Assembly: GCA_012295275.1 (NCBI GenBank)
Contig: CM022677.1
Coordinates: 2,604,001-2,668,000 of the forward strand
Length of the DNA stretch: 64,000 nt
From: Chrysomallon squamiferum
Taxonomy: Eukaryota; Animalia; Mollusca
Direction of reading: 5' to 3'
Numbering within the stretch: the stretch's first letter is position 1; every line of letters begins with the position of its first letter. Both the position numbers and the translations under genes were made by a program. This document shows, piece by piece, positions 12,938 to 26,652 of the stretch. A model generated the notes under the pieces. It worked only from the letters and a program-made list of their open reading frames with translations, did not search any database and was not told the origin of the DNA.

Positions 12938-13719
12938 AATTAATGTTATACTAATCATGTTATAAGGCAGAATATTGATAAACATTATTTACACCTCAAA
13001 GTATTTGTGTAAACTGTTTAACAAATATAAATTGATTGACAAGATAAATATATGTAATTATTTAAAATCATATTACAAAATTAAATTTTAAAATCTCTAA
13101 TAATGCTTGCAGGAGGCACTGGATTGGAAAATGGATGAAAAACAAATACAAAATAAAGAAAGAAATGCATAGCTTAATTTATGTGTTTGTTGTGTATGTG
13201 TTTTTGTATGCAAATGTGTGCACCAACACACACCAATGTAAACACACATGGATTCATATATTTTATTTATACTCGTCAATATTCAGTCGATTTACCTCTA
13301 TCAGACAGTATGTAAGTGCATGCGTGCATGTGTATGTATGTGTATGCATGTGTATGCACGGATAGATAGATCAGATAGATCCTGAAGTCACTATCAGTAA
13401 TTGCAATATATGATCACTAGATAAGTTTCTATATTTTCAGTCGGTAAACAAAAACAATATTACTTTTTTAAATATTTAATTACCAGTTTAATCTTAAAAG
13501 CCCCTAGTGCTTGTACAAACTTCAGCCTGTTTATCAGTAGCTCCATCCATATGCAGGACAAACAGTCGGTGTGTGGATGACTAGGGCAGGGTGGGGGGTG
13601 GATAGGATAAAAACGGGTGAGCTTAGGGTCCCGGACAGAAAAGGTGAGTTGAACTCAAGCCCTCCCGCCCTACCCCGACATTTTTCGAGATTCCATTTAT
13701 CACATATGGATAATTAGCG

Positions 13720-15205
13720 TACGTAAGCTTAGTGAGTACATCTCACCTAAGGCTAAAGTTGCGAGCACATATCACTAAAGAGAGATAACTCTAATCGATA
13801 TAATTTTACTTTATTTAGTGAGTACATGTCACGTAAGGGAGATAACTGTAATCGATACAATTTTCACTTTGCTTAGTGAGTACATCTCACATAAGGGACA
13901 TAACTCTAGTCTATGTTTGCGAACACATATCACTAAAGGGAGATAAGTCTAATCGATATAATTTTTAATTTGTTTACTGAGTACATCTCATGTAAGGGAC
14001 CTAACTCTAATGCAGGTTTGTGAGCACATATCACTCAACTGTAATCAATATAGCCTTTACTTCGCCGAGTAAACTCCTCCGACCTCTGGTGACACATCAT
14101 GGGGTATGACCCATGTTATATACAGGGTGGCCCAGATGTAACCGAACCTGAATTGTTATGAAAAGTTACAGTTAAATGAAACAAATTTGATTTCATATAG
14201 TTACAGCAAATGTTCAAAATGCAAACCATTATTTGTAATACAGTGATGACATCGTTCAGTGGTTGATTCTGTTACTTTTTTGCACATTTCCGTGAAGCAG
14301 ACTTGAAATCAGTGATCATCGATTGAGCTTTCGGGTTCGGTTACATCTGGGCCACCCTGTATAAAGAAAGTGATGTTTCCACAGTATTTTGTAGATGAAT
14401 CTGGAATCGGAAAGTACTGCTGATGTCTCCAAAAACGCTGAGATTCAATCCCACGATCTCACGCACATGAACATGCTTACAAGAAACATTATAGTTTCAA
14501 CTTTGTTCTGTACCTTCACAAGCTGTGTGAGGGTGGGGTACTAGGGCAGGGGGGCAGGGGCCATGCGTTTTTATTCTTAAACTATTTTTTTTTATTGTTC
14601 TGCTGTTACAATCTTCTATTATGTGAATAATGTTTTTATTAGAATTATTTTTTCATAACTTGGCTGAATAATTAAATAGCATTTCTTTAGCACTTAACTA
14701 AATGAATTAAATGAAACATAAATCTAAATTAGAAACTACATCATTATTCTTTTTTATTTCATTTTTCAAGATAACTCTAATCGATATAATTTCCACTTTG
14801 CTTAGTGAATACATCTCACGTAAGGGACATAACTCTAATCTACGTTTGTGAGCACATATCACTAAACTGTAATCAATATAGCCTTTACTTCGCCGAGTAA
14901 ACTCCTCCCACCTCTGGTGACACATCACGGGGTATGACCCATGTTATATATAAAGAAAGTGATGTTTCCACAATATTTCGTAGATGAATCTGGAATCGGA
15001 TTCCAAAAGTACTGCTGATGTCTCCAAAAACGCCGAGATTCAATCCCACGATCTCACACATATGAACATGCTTACAAGAAACATTAAAGTTCGAACTTGG
15101 TTCAGTATCTTCACAAGCTATGTAGGGGGGGTAGGGGCCATGCGTTTTTATTTCTTAAACTATTTTTTATTATTATTGTTCTGCTGTTACAATCTTCTAT
15201 ATTGA
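13720..15205 (+). repeat. AAGGGAGATAACTC-containing repeat with ~55-bp subrepeats and a tandem duplication (~13950-14620 versus ~14770-15200)
   Basis: Repeated tagtgagtacatctcac(g)taaggga(g/c)ataactctaatc units and a duplicated gcctttacttcgccgagtaaactcc...gggccatgcgtttt block. The Helitron/Helentron-derived origin is my inference. Confidence 0.8.
14123..14359 (-). mobile_element. 237-bp Tc1/mariner-superfamily deletion derivative (MITE)
   Basis: TIRs CAGGGTGGCCCAGATGTAACCGAACC / GGTTCGGTTACATCTGGGCCACCCTG and a TA TSD. The interior encodes a transposase C-terminus, EMCKKVTESTTERCHHCITNNGLHFEHLL*. The empty site with a single TA is in the tandem copy at ~14941-14960. Confidence 0.95.
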
Positions 15206-15369
15206 ATAAAAAATGTCTTAATAATATTTACCAGCGAATATATTCACAAATAGAGTTATTTCCCTTTAATATGAAAACGAATACTTTCTTGGATGACGTT
15301 TTCTCCCCTTTCTTATATTATAAAAGGATTTATCAGATAACTCTGTATAGGAATCTATTCGTTTTAATA

Positions 15370-15729
15370 ATCAAGAGAAAAATGTAACAAAGGGGAGATA
15401 AATCTATATAGGAATATATTCGTTTTAACCTGACTAATCAAGGAGAAAAAATGTAAGAAAGGGGACATAACTCTATATAGGAATATGTTCGTTTTAACCT
15501 GAATAATGAAGAGAAAAATGTAACGTAGGGGAGACAACTCTATATAGGAATATCTTCGTTTTAACCTGAATAATCAAGAGAAAAATGTAACAAGCGGGAG
15601 ATAACTCTATCACAGAGGTTATTCGTGTTCATGTTAAAGGGAGATAACTCTATATAGGAATATGTTCGTTTTAACCTGAATAATCAAGGAGGAAAATCTA
15701 ACAAAGGGGACATAACTCTATATAGGAAT
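15370..15729 (+). repeat. ~67-bp tandem repeat running into an assembly gap
   Basis: Unit gaatatgttcgttttaacctgaataatcaagagaaaaatgtaacaaaggggagataactctatatag, about 5 copies. Confidence 0.9.
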
Positions 15730-15929
15730 NNNNNNNNNNNNNNNNNNNNNNNNNNNNNNNNNNNNNNNNNNNNNNNNNNNNNNNNNNNNNNNNNNNNNNN
15801 NNNNNNNNNNNNNNNNNNNNNNNNNNNNNNNNNNNNNNNNNNNNNNNNNNNNNNNNNNNNNNNNNNNNNNNNNNNNNNNNNNNNNNNNNNNNNNNNNNNN
15901 NNNNNNNNNNNNNNNNNNNNNNNNNNNNN
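15730..15929. other. Assembly gap (200 N)
   Basis: Run of N. Confidence 1.
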
Positions 15930-15965
15930 CATCACTTTCTCTTCTCTTCTCTATTATTATAACAC

Positions 15966-16082
<117 letters not shown>

Positions 16083-17010
16083 CATACTGAATTATCAAGT
16101 GGGAAAGACAACAAGATATAAATGTTCAGAAATAAAGAGAATGTGATGTTTATTATTACAGATAGATACATAGAAAGATAGACAGACAGCTGTGAACTGT
16201 TATTACTGCACTACTACATACTATATAATCACTCACCATGACCTTTCAACATGGCTGCAGTGTCAGAAGTTGACTGTTTCCTTTATCTGTGAGAATGAAG
16301 GGACAGCGCATCACATTACCCAGCATTCCTAGAGGAAGATAAACAAATAAATAAATGACAAATTTCAATAAGTGTGAACCATATAAATGTTAAAATAAAA
16401 AAATAACAATAACTGTTTACCAGGATGTCCTCCAAGTGCTGTCAGTTTAATCAGGAAGCTGAAGAGACAACTACAAGATGATTCAGTTTTCTCCCCTGAA
16501 TTCTTGACAGTGTGACCTTATAAATAATTTAAAAAGAAAACAATGCAACAACAGCATTAACAATAATAAAACTTTTTATTTAGTATTCCTTCTTCTTTAT
16601 TATTTTTACCATTGGATTAACTTAGATTAGAGTTAGGGTTAGGATTAGGGCTAGGACTAGTGTTAGGGTTAGGTTCAGGCTAGTTATTTATTTATTTACT
16701 TATTTATTTTTTATTGTTTTTATTTTTATTGTTCTTTTTTTTTAAATACATTTATTTATTACCAATTGCAGCATCCAACTTTGTGGAAAGTTCTTCTATT
16801 TCATTTTCTTGTAAGTTTTTCTTCTAGTTGTTAAGATACAACACTGTCAGTAACAACAGTCCCTCCTTCCCTGAAGGATAATAAAAAATATTTTAAAAAC
16901 TTAAATTTAAAATCTAAGGATGCAGGAACTGCTACTATGCAACTACAGCTGATGTTCCTACTGCACCTCTATTAAAACTACATCGCTGCTATTATTATTA
17001 CTACTACTAT

Positions 17011-17163
17011 TAGAATAGTGATAATAAAAGCTAATGTGTAGCTGTAGTTATAGCAGGCAGTAGTAGCTGCAGTAGTATTACTAAACTAGTTATTATTACT
17101 ACTGCTGGTACTACTACCTACTATAACTGCAGCTACACATTAGCTTTTATGATCACTATCCTA
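17011..17163. repeat. ~150-bp quasi-perfect palindrome
   Basis: The left arm atagtgataataaaagctaatgtgtagctgtagttatagcaggcagtagtagctgcagtagta pairs with the right arm tactactgctggtactactacctactataactgcagctacacattagcttttatgatcactat around a central aactagtt. Confidence 0.92.
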
Positions 17164-17173
17164 CAATGTTAGC

Positions 17174-17209
<36 letters not shown>

Positions 17210-17704
17210 TACTCTTTCTAGTTTTTTGATACAGTAGTAGCTGTTATTATTACTACTGCTGATGCTGTTGCTACTATTACAACATCATAGCTGCTACTGT
17301 CACCACCATGTTACGTGTTGCTGCTGATGTTTTTGTTGCTAATTACATCTCTGTTACAAATAATAAAGAACTGAAAACTATTGTATTTACAAGATGCTAT
17401 TCAGATGTGTTATTTTTCCGCCTGTGTAGGTATAGTAATAAAATTAAACATAATAAATATCAAACAATATGCAAGCTTCTATTTCCTATTTTGAATTAAA
17501 AAAATTAATATTTTCTGAAAAATACAAAAATAATTTATTACCTAATGAGTTTCCACTCAAGCTGTTTAACTCAGACTTGTGTCCCTTGGTGGTATAAACA
17601 AAGACTAAAGACACCATCAGTTTCAATCTTAAATTTAAATAAAACAGGCCTGAGTATTTTGTACAAAGCATTTAAACATATAAACTGATAACCAAATATT
17701 TCTT

Positions 17705-18490
17705 AATACACACACAAACACACACACTGTTATCAGAGTAGCAAGTATCACTATTGCTGATACACACGCACTCACACATACTATTATCTAAGTAGCAATT
17801 ATCACTATTGCTGATACACACACTCACTCACACACACATACACACTGAGTAGTAGAAATTATCTCTTTTGCTGATACATGTATTACCTGTGTAGCAATAA
17901 TCACTATTGCTGATATACTAGTATCAGAGAAGCAATTATCACTATTGCTGATATACTCACACACACACACACATACTAATATCAGAGTAGCAATTATCAC
18001 TATTGCTGATACACATACACACACTATTATCAGAGTAGCAATTATCACTATTGCTGATATACTCAAACACAAACACACATACATATATTATTAATAGAGT
18101 AGCAGATATCACTATTGGTGATACACACACAGACTCCTAAGCACAAACAAATACTATTATCAGAGTAGTAGTTATCACTATGTCTGATACACTCAAACAC
18201 ACACATATACTATTATCAGTTGTAATTATCACTATTGCTGACACACTCACACACACACAAACATGTACACATACATGCACACACTCACACACACATTATT
18301 ATCAGTGTAGCAGTTATCACTATTGCTGATACACTCACACAGATACTATTATCAGATTAGCAATTATCACTGTTGCTGACATACTCGCACACACAAACAA
18401 ATATGCACACAGACATGCACACACTCACATACATACTATTATCTGAGTAGTGGTTATCACATTGCTGATACACACACACATACACACATA
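17705..18490 (+). repeat. CA-tract-spaced tandem repeat (ctattatcagagtagcaattatcactattgctga + (CA)n)
   Basis: About 14 copies of a ~34-bp core separated by variable CA tracts. The paralogous array at 32900-33055 and 34360-34670 is interrupted by a MULE. Confidence 0.93.
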
Positions 18491-18924
18491 CAGAGTTTAA
18501 TATTCTTGGCATATGGTTAAACGAAATTGTCTCTGTCAGATACAGAAAGATAAGGATTATATACAGAATAATTTTTCAAATATTAGAAACATTTATAAAA
18601 TTTAAACAAAATTACCTCAAGTAAGTTTAATTAAATTGTCAATGACAGATACAGAAAGATCAGAACAGTTTCCAATGTCCACATCTTTCAAAGAAAGCAG
18701 TTTTCCATGGAAACTCAAACAGCTGGTTGGTTAAACAATTGGAGTTCAGACTTAATTCCTGTATAGAACTTGTGACTGATTTGGAATCTGGAATATCTGA
18801 AATAAGTGAAAAACAGTATTAAGAAACCTTAACTATCAGCAGAAAAAGGAAATAAAAGTAGAAAAATATAATAATAACAAATTTGTCAAACCTAGATAGT
18901 TACAGAATGAAATACACATGTGTG

Positions 18925-18968
<44 letters not shown>

Positions 18969-19169
18969 CACACCACATATTCACAGAGAGTGAGAGAGAT
19001 AGAGAATAATATATATTACAAATCTACATCAACTATCAACTTTAAGTGTTTGGTTATTAAGTTTTGCATCATCAGGTAAAAAGCTGTCATCTTGGATGAC
19101 TGAAAACATCAGACAAAAACTGAGTACATTATTTAGTGATCCCAGCTTGTAATAAAAACAAATAAGAAC

Positions 19170-19212
<43 letters not shown>

Positions 19213-22077
19213 TAAATAATAGTAATTCACAATGTGTAGAATCTACATAAGTAGAAAATAATTTAATGTCAGTGATTAAAATAAGCATGGTGTGTACAAA
19301 AATAATATTGAGCTAATTAATTCTGATTGGCTGATCTCTCTCTGAAGATTGGTTGGTTAATCATTCTGTGGTTTCATTGGTTAATCTCTATCTGTAGTCT
19401 GATTGGTTAATCAAGCTGAGTTCTGATTGACTAGTTACTGACACACCCACCTGATTGCTGCAGTTATTAAGTTCAGTGAGAGAAGAATTTTCTGTGACTG
19501 CAGTACACAAATCTTTTGACCAACATCACTCATATTACACTGACTTTAAATAAATTAAAACAAATAAGAAAATCAATAAATGATAGATAGATACATACAT
19601 CAAATAGATAGACAGAAGATAGGCAGAAAGATTTATAAATAAATACAAATAAATAAACTAATCAACTGTCTACTAAAACTTGTTTTTACAATTTTGAAAA
19701 TAATTTTCAAAAACATAAAGAAAAGAAAGGAAGAAAAAAGAAAGAAAACTAAAAAAATAATAATTAGGAACAAATAAGAAATGATATATAAAGATAAATT
19801 AACTAATCAACTGTCTACTAAAACTTGTTTTAAGAGCATTTTTATAAATTAAAACTATAAATAAATACAAAATTATTTAAATTACTGAACAAATAAGAAA
19901 TGATATATAAAGGTAGAGACAGAAAAACAGATAGTATATAGTAATTAGAGACATAGTAAGAAAGATAAACATATTTATCTGCACATTTTCAAGAAAAGAA
20001 ATTCAGACAAACAGAAAAGCAGAGATAGAAATCAAATAAATAAATAGGGAGGTAGAAAGAGAAACAGACAGACAGACTAAGACATATTTACAGACATATT
20101 TACATTAATGTTTTTCAAAGATTTAAAATGTGACTAAGTGGATATGTTGGTGTTAAAGCTTGTGGCTGTTTAAGTCTTGGTCTGGCTGCTTTCAACAAAA
20201 ACTCCAGTTTCACAAGAAGATTAGTCATGATCAAACTTTTTCGGTTCCCTTTCTTTCTTAGACATTATTTTTTACCAAAGTACCTCTCCCAATGGGTGGT
20301 GGTGTTTCTGGTTTCTTTTCTAGTGTGTCTGGATCTTCCTTGGCACAGACTTTGAGTTTTCAGTGGTTGGTTTGGTGATGTCAGTTTGTCTCAGGTCTAA
20401 TGGTGATACTGGTGTTGTTGTTGCCAACTGCTGTTTCTTTTTCAGTGATGTGAAACCTATGTCAGTTCTATAGAAAAAAAAAAAAAATTAGAAATAAAAA
20501 GAATTATATATATAAACAGAGGGCAGACCTTGAAATTAAGAGAAAACATTAAGTGAATATAAATACAAATATTTATTGGTAACTATTTAAAAGACACTAA
20601 TAGTAATAAACAAGTTATCATTATAATACCAGATCTAAAAAAATTACTAATAATAATAATTTTCAGAAAACAAAATATATTGACAAGTTTTCAACTTCAT
20701 TACTGTTTGGGTTTGTTCAGCAAACACAAGAAATAATGGAAACAGGTTTTGACTTAGGAAGACAGGACATCTACTCTAGTAACAGAAATATTAATTCTCT
20801 GAGATATTACTAGGTAATTTGTTTTATTAAAACACTGAAACAAAAGTCTGCTTCCCACTGAATAAAAAAAAAAATAAATAAATAAATAAATACATAAATC
20901 AAATATAAATTAAATTAAAATTATAATAATAATATAAATACATACACATACATAATAATAAAAGAAAATAATTCTAATTCTTCAAATAAAATGAGCAGGA
21001 GAACAAAATTAGAAAACAAAACATAAGAAATTAAAATGATAAAAGAAAGACAACTGAAGAATTAAAAGAAATAATATTGTATAATTTAAGTAATGTCAGG
21101 AAAAAATAAGTAAATAACAAATAATGGTAACATAAAAGAATACACAGACACTAGGAAATGAAGAATAAGAAACAAAAAAGAATGAAGAAGAAAATTAACA
21201 AGAATAAGAATGGTCAGTAGTTTGAAAAACAAAATCAAAAAATAAAAAACAAAATAATAAATAAACAATAAAATTCATTAAAATAAAAATTAAGAATTTA
21301 AAATATAAAGAAACAAAAAGAAAGAATAAAAAGAACTATGTACAGAAACTGGGAGACTGAAAAATAATAAGTAAATATTAAAAAAATCTTGCTTATCATT
21401 AAAATAACTGAAAATATATACAGACAAGAAAAACAGACAATAAGAAAAAGAAGAGTTTGAAGAAATAACAATGTAGAAAAATAACAAGAAACAATAATCA
21501 TGGTAAATAGGTTAAAAAAATAAACAAAATAACTTTAAAGAAAATAAAAAATGAAAAGAAATGATGATTATTATTATTGTTATTAGTAGTAGTAGTAGTA
21601 GTATCAATATCAAATTTAAATAACAATAATCATAAACATAATAATCATCATGATAATAATACTAATTATTATAAATTATTAGAACATTTCTTTTACTGAA
21701 ATATAGATGAGCTAATCTGCATTCTTGTTTATGTTTGATAGCAACAACTCTGTTAAACAGGCAGATGACAGTCAATTTAAGAAACAACAACAACATAAAC
21801 AAATATAATTTTAGATGGTCACTACTCATATTACCACAAAATTATAATTAGCATGGACCAACAGGAACGATAACAATATCTGAAAAAAAAAATTATATAT
21901 ATATATATAGTACGAAACGGGTTCGATATGGTATGACGCCAAAGTTACCAAAAGAAAAGAAAAAAGGTTTCTGCCTTTGCAGCAGTTTATACTCAATAAT
22001 AGACATCTACTATGTAATTAAATGCCATATTTCTCCAAATTACTTTGAACAGAATTGATTGCGTTATAAAGGAATAC

Positions 22078-22165
22078 GTGTTTAAAAGTTTGTAAACACT
22101 GATCGGCGTTCGACGCTGCCATCTTGGATTTTGATCGGAGGTTTCCGTGAGCTCACGGAAGTTTT
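22078..22165 (-). promoter_or_regulatory. Putative promoter and first coding exon (MAASNADQCLQTFKH|gt)
   Basis: CpG-rich patch with a YY1-like AAGATGGCAGCG overlapping an ATG at 22122, a GT donor at 22077, an ETS-like CGGAAGT and a perfect 18-bp palindrome TTCCGTGAGCTCACGGAA (22143-22160). Confidence 0.45.
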
Positions 22166-22485
22166 TATATTTCCAAATTCAATTATTTTACATCTGTTTT
22201 CTGAACTTTTTATGACTTACACTGAAAAAAGATAAAGATGGCTGTTCATATTACCAAACCTTGATGTAACGCGCCTTTTCAACTTAAACAAACTTTTCAA
22301 ACTGGATTATTTTTATGCATAATAAACTAAAATTATAATTCGGTAAAAGATTAATGTATTAAATTTTCTAATTGGCAATATTCCCCGTTTCAGAACCAGC
22401 AGAAAACAACATTCAGGTGTAGTTTGCACCCATTAAATTATGGAGGCAGTTTTTCCTGTTGGACCATGCTACCAATTTATCTGCT

Positions 22486-22648
22486 AAGAATTCAATTAAC
22501 GTCATTATGAGTAGATAAAATATATTAACTTAGATAGAAATTGGCTTCTACATTTTACTTTCAATCAAGAATTCAAATAACGTCATTATGAGTAGATAAA
22601 ATATATAAACTTAGATACTATAGAAGTTGGCTTCTACATTTTACTTTC
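22486..22648 (+). repeat. ~81-bp tandem duplication
   Basis: aagaattcaa(t/a)taacgtcattatgagtagataaaatatat...ttggcttctacattttactttc occurs twice. Confidence 0.9.
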
Positions 22649-23249
22649 CATCCAAAGACAATTATTTCTGGTTTTTCTTATTATTTTTCAAGTTACAAAA
22701 TTGCTTTGATACCTCGTATCTTAGCGGGATTGTCGTTGTTATTATTTAGAGTTACTTCCCCTAGACCCTCAAAGAATTTCAGGATTTCGATGTCACATTA
22801 TTTTGCAGAATACGTGTTTCATTTTTATTTGTTGAAATTAATGTTGATTAGCGTATATGGACGTATAAAAAAAAAAAAAAAAAATTAAATTAATAAAAAA
22901 ATACAAATATTACCTGAATTTGTCCTTACATTGTTATTTCAGTCGGGCAGCATCATTTTCTGTTTTCACTAATTAAACTGTATTTGACGACTGGCGTATG
23001 AGACTTAGTAAAACTTAAGTACAGGGTTTCAAGTTATGAACATGTAGACTATAAAATTAAGTCTATTTTATATCCTCAGAACCCATCAGAGGCGTAGCCA
23101 GGTTTGAAAGTTAAAGAGAGAAAACACGCTCAGAATATTTATAATAACAATAATAATAAATAAAATAAAACATATGACTGTTAGAGATATTCATTTAAGT
23201 ATGTTGCCGTATTGATCTAGGTGTAATTATCATTATTCTTTTTCTCTTT

Positions 23250-24830
23250 TTTTCAGCTATTATTCTTACCATCTCTGTGTGTACATCCTATATTATTAAT
23301 ATGTCTATTAATGTCGTCGTCGCTACCAACGTAACAGCGTTGTTTTCAACGTTCGAAGTGAATAATTTTATATAATTATTCACATCGAACGCAAAAGAAA
23401 AACGTTTAAGGATATTCATTATTTAGTAACAATGTAAAATATTTGTTGATTTTATGATTATGATTATTATTGTTGTTGTTGTTGTTGTTATTATTATTAT
23501 TTGTCAAACATTTTAATTTTTGTAGCTCAAAACGATTATTTCAGTTTGGTACCCTTGATAAGTCCGTACAATGCAAACATTTTATTTATGAGATATTTAT
23601 GGAATTAATATATATTGAAATACATAATTAGTATTATGAAAGAATAAAAGAGTCTTGCTGTTTAAGATAATTCTTGTTTTTCTTCTGTGGCTGAGTAGAC
23701 TTTTCACGTTCCACTCGCTGACCTTCGGATGATGATCAGATACGATGGAGTGTACCTCCGTGTTTGCCATATTTCACTTAAATCTCACGATATGTTTTTA
23801 ATTTGTATTAACTATTATTCATACTTCTCATTATTCTTAAGCGCTTTCTACTAATTATTCCTCAAACTTTATCAGCGGGCACATCACCTATTAAAATATA
23901 TTGTTGTAATTTATATTAATGTCGCCGCCAATACCGTCCTAACGGCGTTGTTCTCAATGTTCTACGTGTACTCCTCCTCATTATTTTCCTTTTTATTAAC
24001 TATTTGTCACACTTTCTTAGTGTCCACAGCTCACGTTAAAAACTATTAATACGATTTCTATTAATGTCACCGTCGTTGCCGTCGTAAACTGGTTATTCCT
24101 AAAGATTTTGGTGTTTTTCATTATTCTCTTACTCTTTATATTATTCTTACCATCTCAGTGTACATATCATATATTAGAATATATTCTGGATATTATTTAG
24201 CGCTTTTCACTAATTATTCCTCATTCTTTCTGAGCGGACGCATCACCTATTAAAATATATTAATTGTGATTTCTATTAATGTCGCCGACGTTCCCATGGT
24301 ACGGGGATTGTTCCTAATGTTACTGGTGTATTCCTTTTCGTTTTTTTTATTCTCTGTTATCCTTATTCTCTCACTGTGCCCGTCCTATATACAAATATGT
24401 TATTGTTATCTCTATTAATACACCATCATTACCGTCGTTAGGGAGTTGTTCTTCATGTTCTCGGTGTATTTCACCTTATTATTTTGCCTTTTTTTAACTA
24501 TTGCAATTAATATCGGCTTCATTGCCATCATAACGGCGTTGTTGCTAATGTTATTGTTGAACTCCTCATTATCCCTTTTCGTTTTTTATTCGCTGTTATT
24601 CTTATTTTCTGACCGTGCCCATCTATATTAAAATATACTGATAATATTTAAAAATACATTTTTAGAGTTCAGATCCTATTCTTTAATGTATTATTACATT
24701 TCTGTTATGTATATCACCATCGGTGCCGTCGTAACGGCGTTGTTTCTAGCTTTCGTAGAGTCCTTCTCATTATTTTTTAGCGCTTTTTATGAATCATTCC
24801 TCATACTTTCTGAGAAGGTCAATAACCTGA
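23250..24830 (+). repeat. Divergent ~140-145-bp unit array
   Basis: tattaatgtc(g/a)ccg cores at ~23305, 23915, 24060, 24275, 24414, 24507 and 24710. Confidence 0.85.
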
Positions 24831-25000
24831 TACTTACCGTCTGCTAGAAGCAGAAAACGTCAGAAGGCGCAACATTAACGTCATAAATTATATATCACCT
24901 CATATTAAAATGATAATTTCAAGTAAGAACATCGATTATAGAGAATACCTGTATTTTGGGAAATATAGAGCGTAATATAGAATTTAATTTAATTTTTTAA

Positions 25001-25041
<41 letters not shown>

Positions 25042-25316
25042 AAAATAAAATAAAACTTAAATGATATTCCATTATGTATACAAAGGTATTAGTTTATTTT
25101 GTAAAAAAGAGCGCATTTTACTATAAATCATATAACATCACATAATCATAAAATAAGAAGATAGTTTTAATTAAGGATACTGCTATTTAAACGAATACTT
25201 TATGTAACATCACATAATTATAAACAAGTAAGAATAAAGTGATAGTTTGAATTAAGGATACCGCTGTTTACACGAATAAATTTGATTTTGGATATGTCTT
25301 CAGAAAAAAGAAAAGA

Positions 25317-25380
<64 letters not shown>

Positions 25381-26652
25381 TATATATTATGGATCACATG
25401 AAGTGCCTCGTGCAGACTGACTAGACTATTGAAGAATCCACTGTTATCTTTCAGGATACCATTCAGTATATTCTGTGGATCAAGCTAGTAACAAGTAATA
25501 CTAGTTAGACAGTTATGATGTGCAAAAATTAAGCAGCGTAAAATTACCAGTGTAAATAGTGTATTTTCTTAACAAAAACACTACGTTAGTTTTGCTGATT
25601 ACAAATTATTCTGTCTTAATGTAATAAACAACACAAACTCCGTTGATAAATATCACATTAATACAGCTGTTAAAGAAATATCGTTTTATCTGGTAGCGAT
25701 ATTTTTATTTCTGAATATTCACTGTACTTCTCAACTAGAAATATTAAGATGAATATGAGTTAACATATAATTAATTATTTGCTATTATCTAACAATGTAA
25801 CCTCAGCTTTTCAATACATACCTGTCTAGAAAAAGAAAATCAATATATAATTATCAATACAATCTGAGGTGCTGTATGACAAATTATACTGAAAATTACA
25901 GGTATGATTTCACTTGTTTATATTCAGAAATATAGATGGAGTTTCAGTGTTATAATGTTTTTGTTTTTTTAAATAACAATAACTTTATATGTGACGTCAA
26001 AAATATATCGAGAAATAAAGAGGGCGCATCTAATGTGACAAATTACAAACACCAGAAACATGTTTCAGTGAGAAACCAGGATTAACTTTACACGGCGTTA
26101 TAAAAATAGCACTTACAATTTTATCACTTCAGTCACTATATGTATTAGATGTTATTAGTTTCTCAACAGACGTGCGGCGGTAATATTAACACATTGGTTT
26201 GGAAAATACAGCGGGTGTTCTTTTTGAATTAACAATATTATAAAAAGAACTGTATGAATATACAGCAGAACTTTGTGCAACTAACGTGAGATAAGATACG
26301 AAACGTTCACTTTATTAAAAGTAACGTGATATTTTACTTTGCTAATACTAAATCATATAATAAAAAGCCGTTATTTTACTGTACGTGGAACTTAAATATT
26401 TTATACACTACAGAAAATATTATCCTACATAAGTTTATATTATACACTACAGAAAATATTATCCTACATAAGTTTATTTTGTGAATATATATGTTTAAGT
26501 AAAGTGCCTTTTGTAAACTCTGAATGTGAAAAAAGATTCAATATTTGTATTGAAATGTACGCAAACTAATAAAAACATGTTCCTTATATCAGTTCAGGTC
26601 TTTTCTTTCATGATGTACAGTTAGCGATCAAGTGGGTTAAGAGAATTTACAT

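Larger units (their letters stand above)
11520..13612 (+). repeat. Segmental duplication of ~38310-39815 (same orientation)
   Basis: Collinear match from tataaatggaat...cattataactttagaaatgtgctg to gactagggcaggg...ataggataaaa. This copy carries an extra hAT insertion and lacks ~160 bp near 38970-39115. Confidence 0.93.
16238..21880 (-). pseudogene. Multi-exon leucine-rich-repeat gene, copy 1 (LRRC41-like), disrupted
   Basis: AG/GT-bounded exons translate to IQELSLNSNCLTN...SLKDVDIGNCSDLS (18616-18797) and SGNSLG|KEGLLLLTVL...NLQENEIEEL (17542 into 16762-16871), similar to the GNRLGNAGLLAL motif I recall from LRRC41. Stops and frameshifts are present. Several exons are shared with 30780-37400. 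Confidence 0.6.

Noticed and set aside
16622-16683. TTAGGG-like interstitial telomeric repeat
   Set aside because: Only a few degenerate units, which is too little evidence for a telomere fusion or healing site.
17705-18490. CRISPR-like repeat/spacer appearance
   Set aside because: The spacers are just variable CA tracts, the context is a eukaryotic intron, and there are no cas genes.
19320-19460. Cluster of CCAAT/ATTGG boxes as a promoter
   Set aside because: Better explained as ~24-bp internal repeats (NQS-type codons) of a minus-strand exon-like segment in a CpG-poor region.
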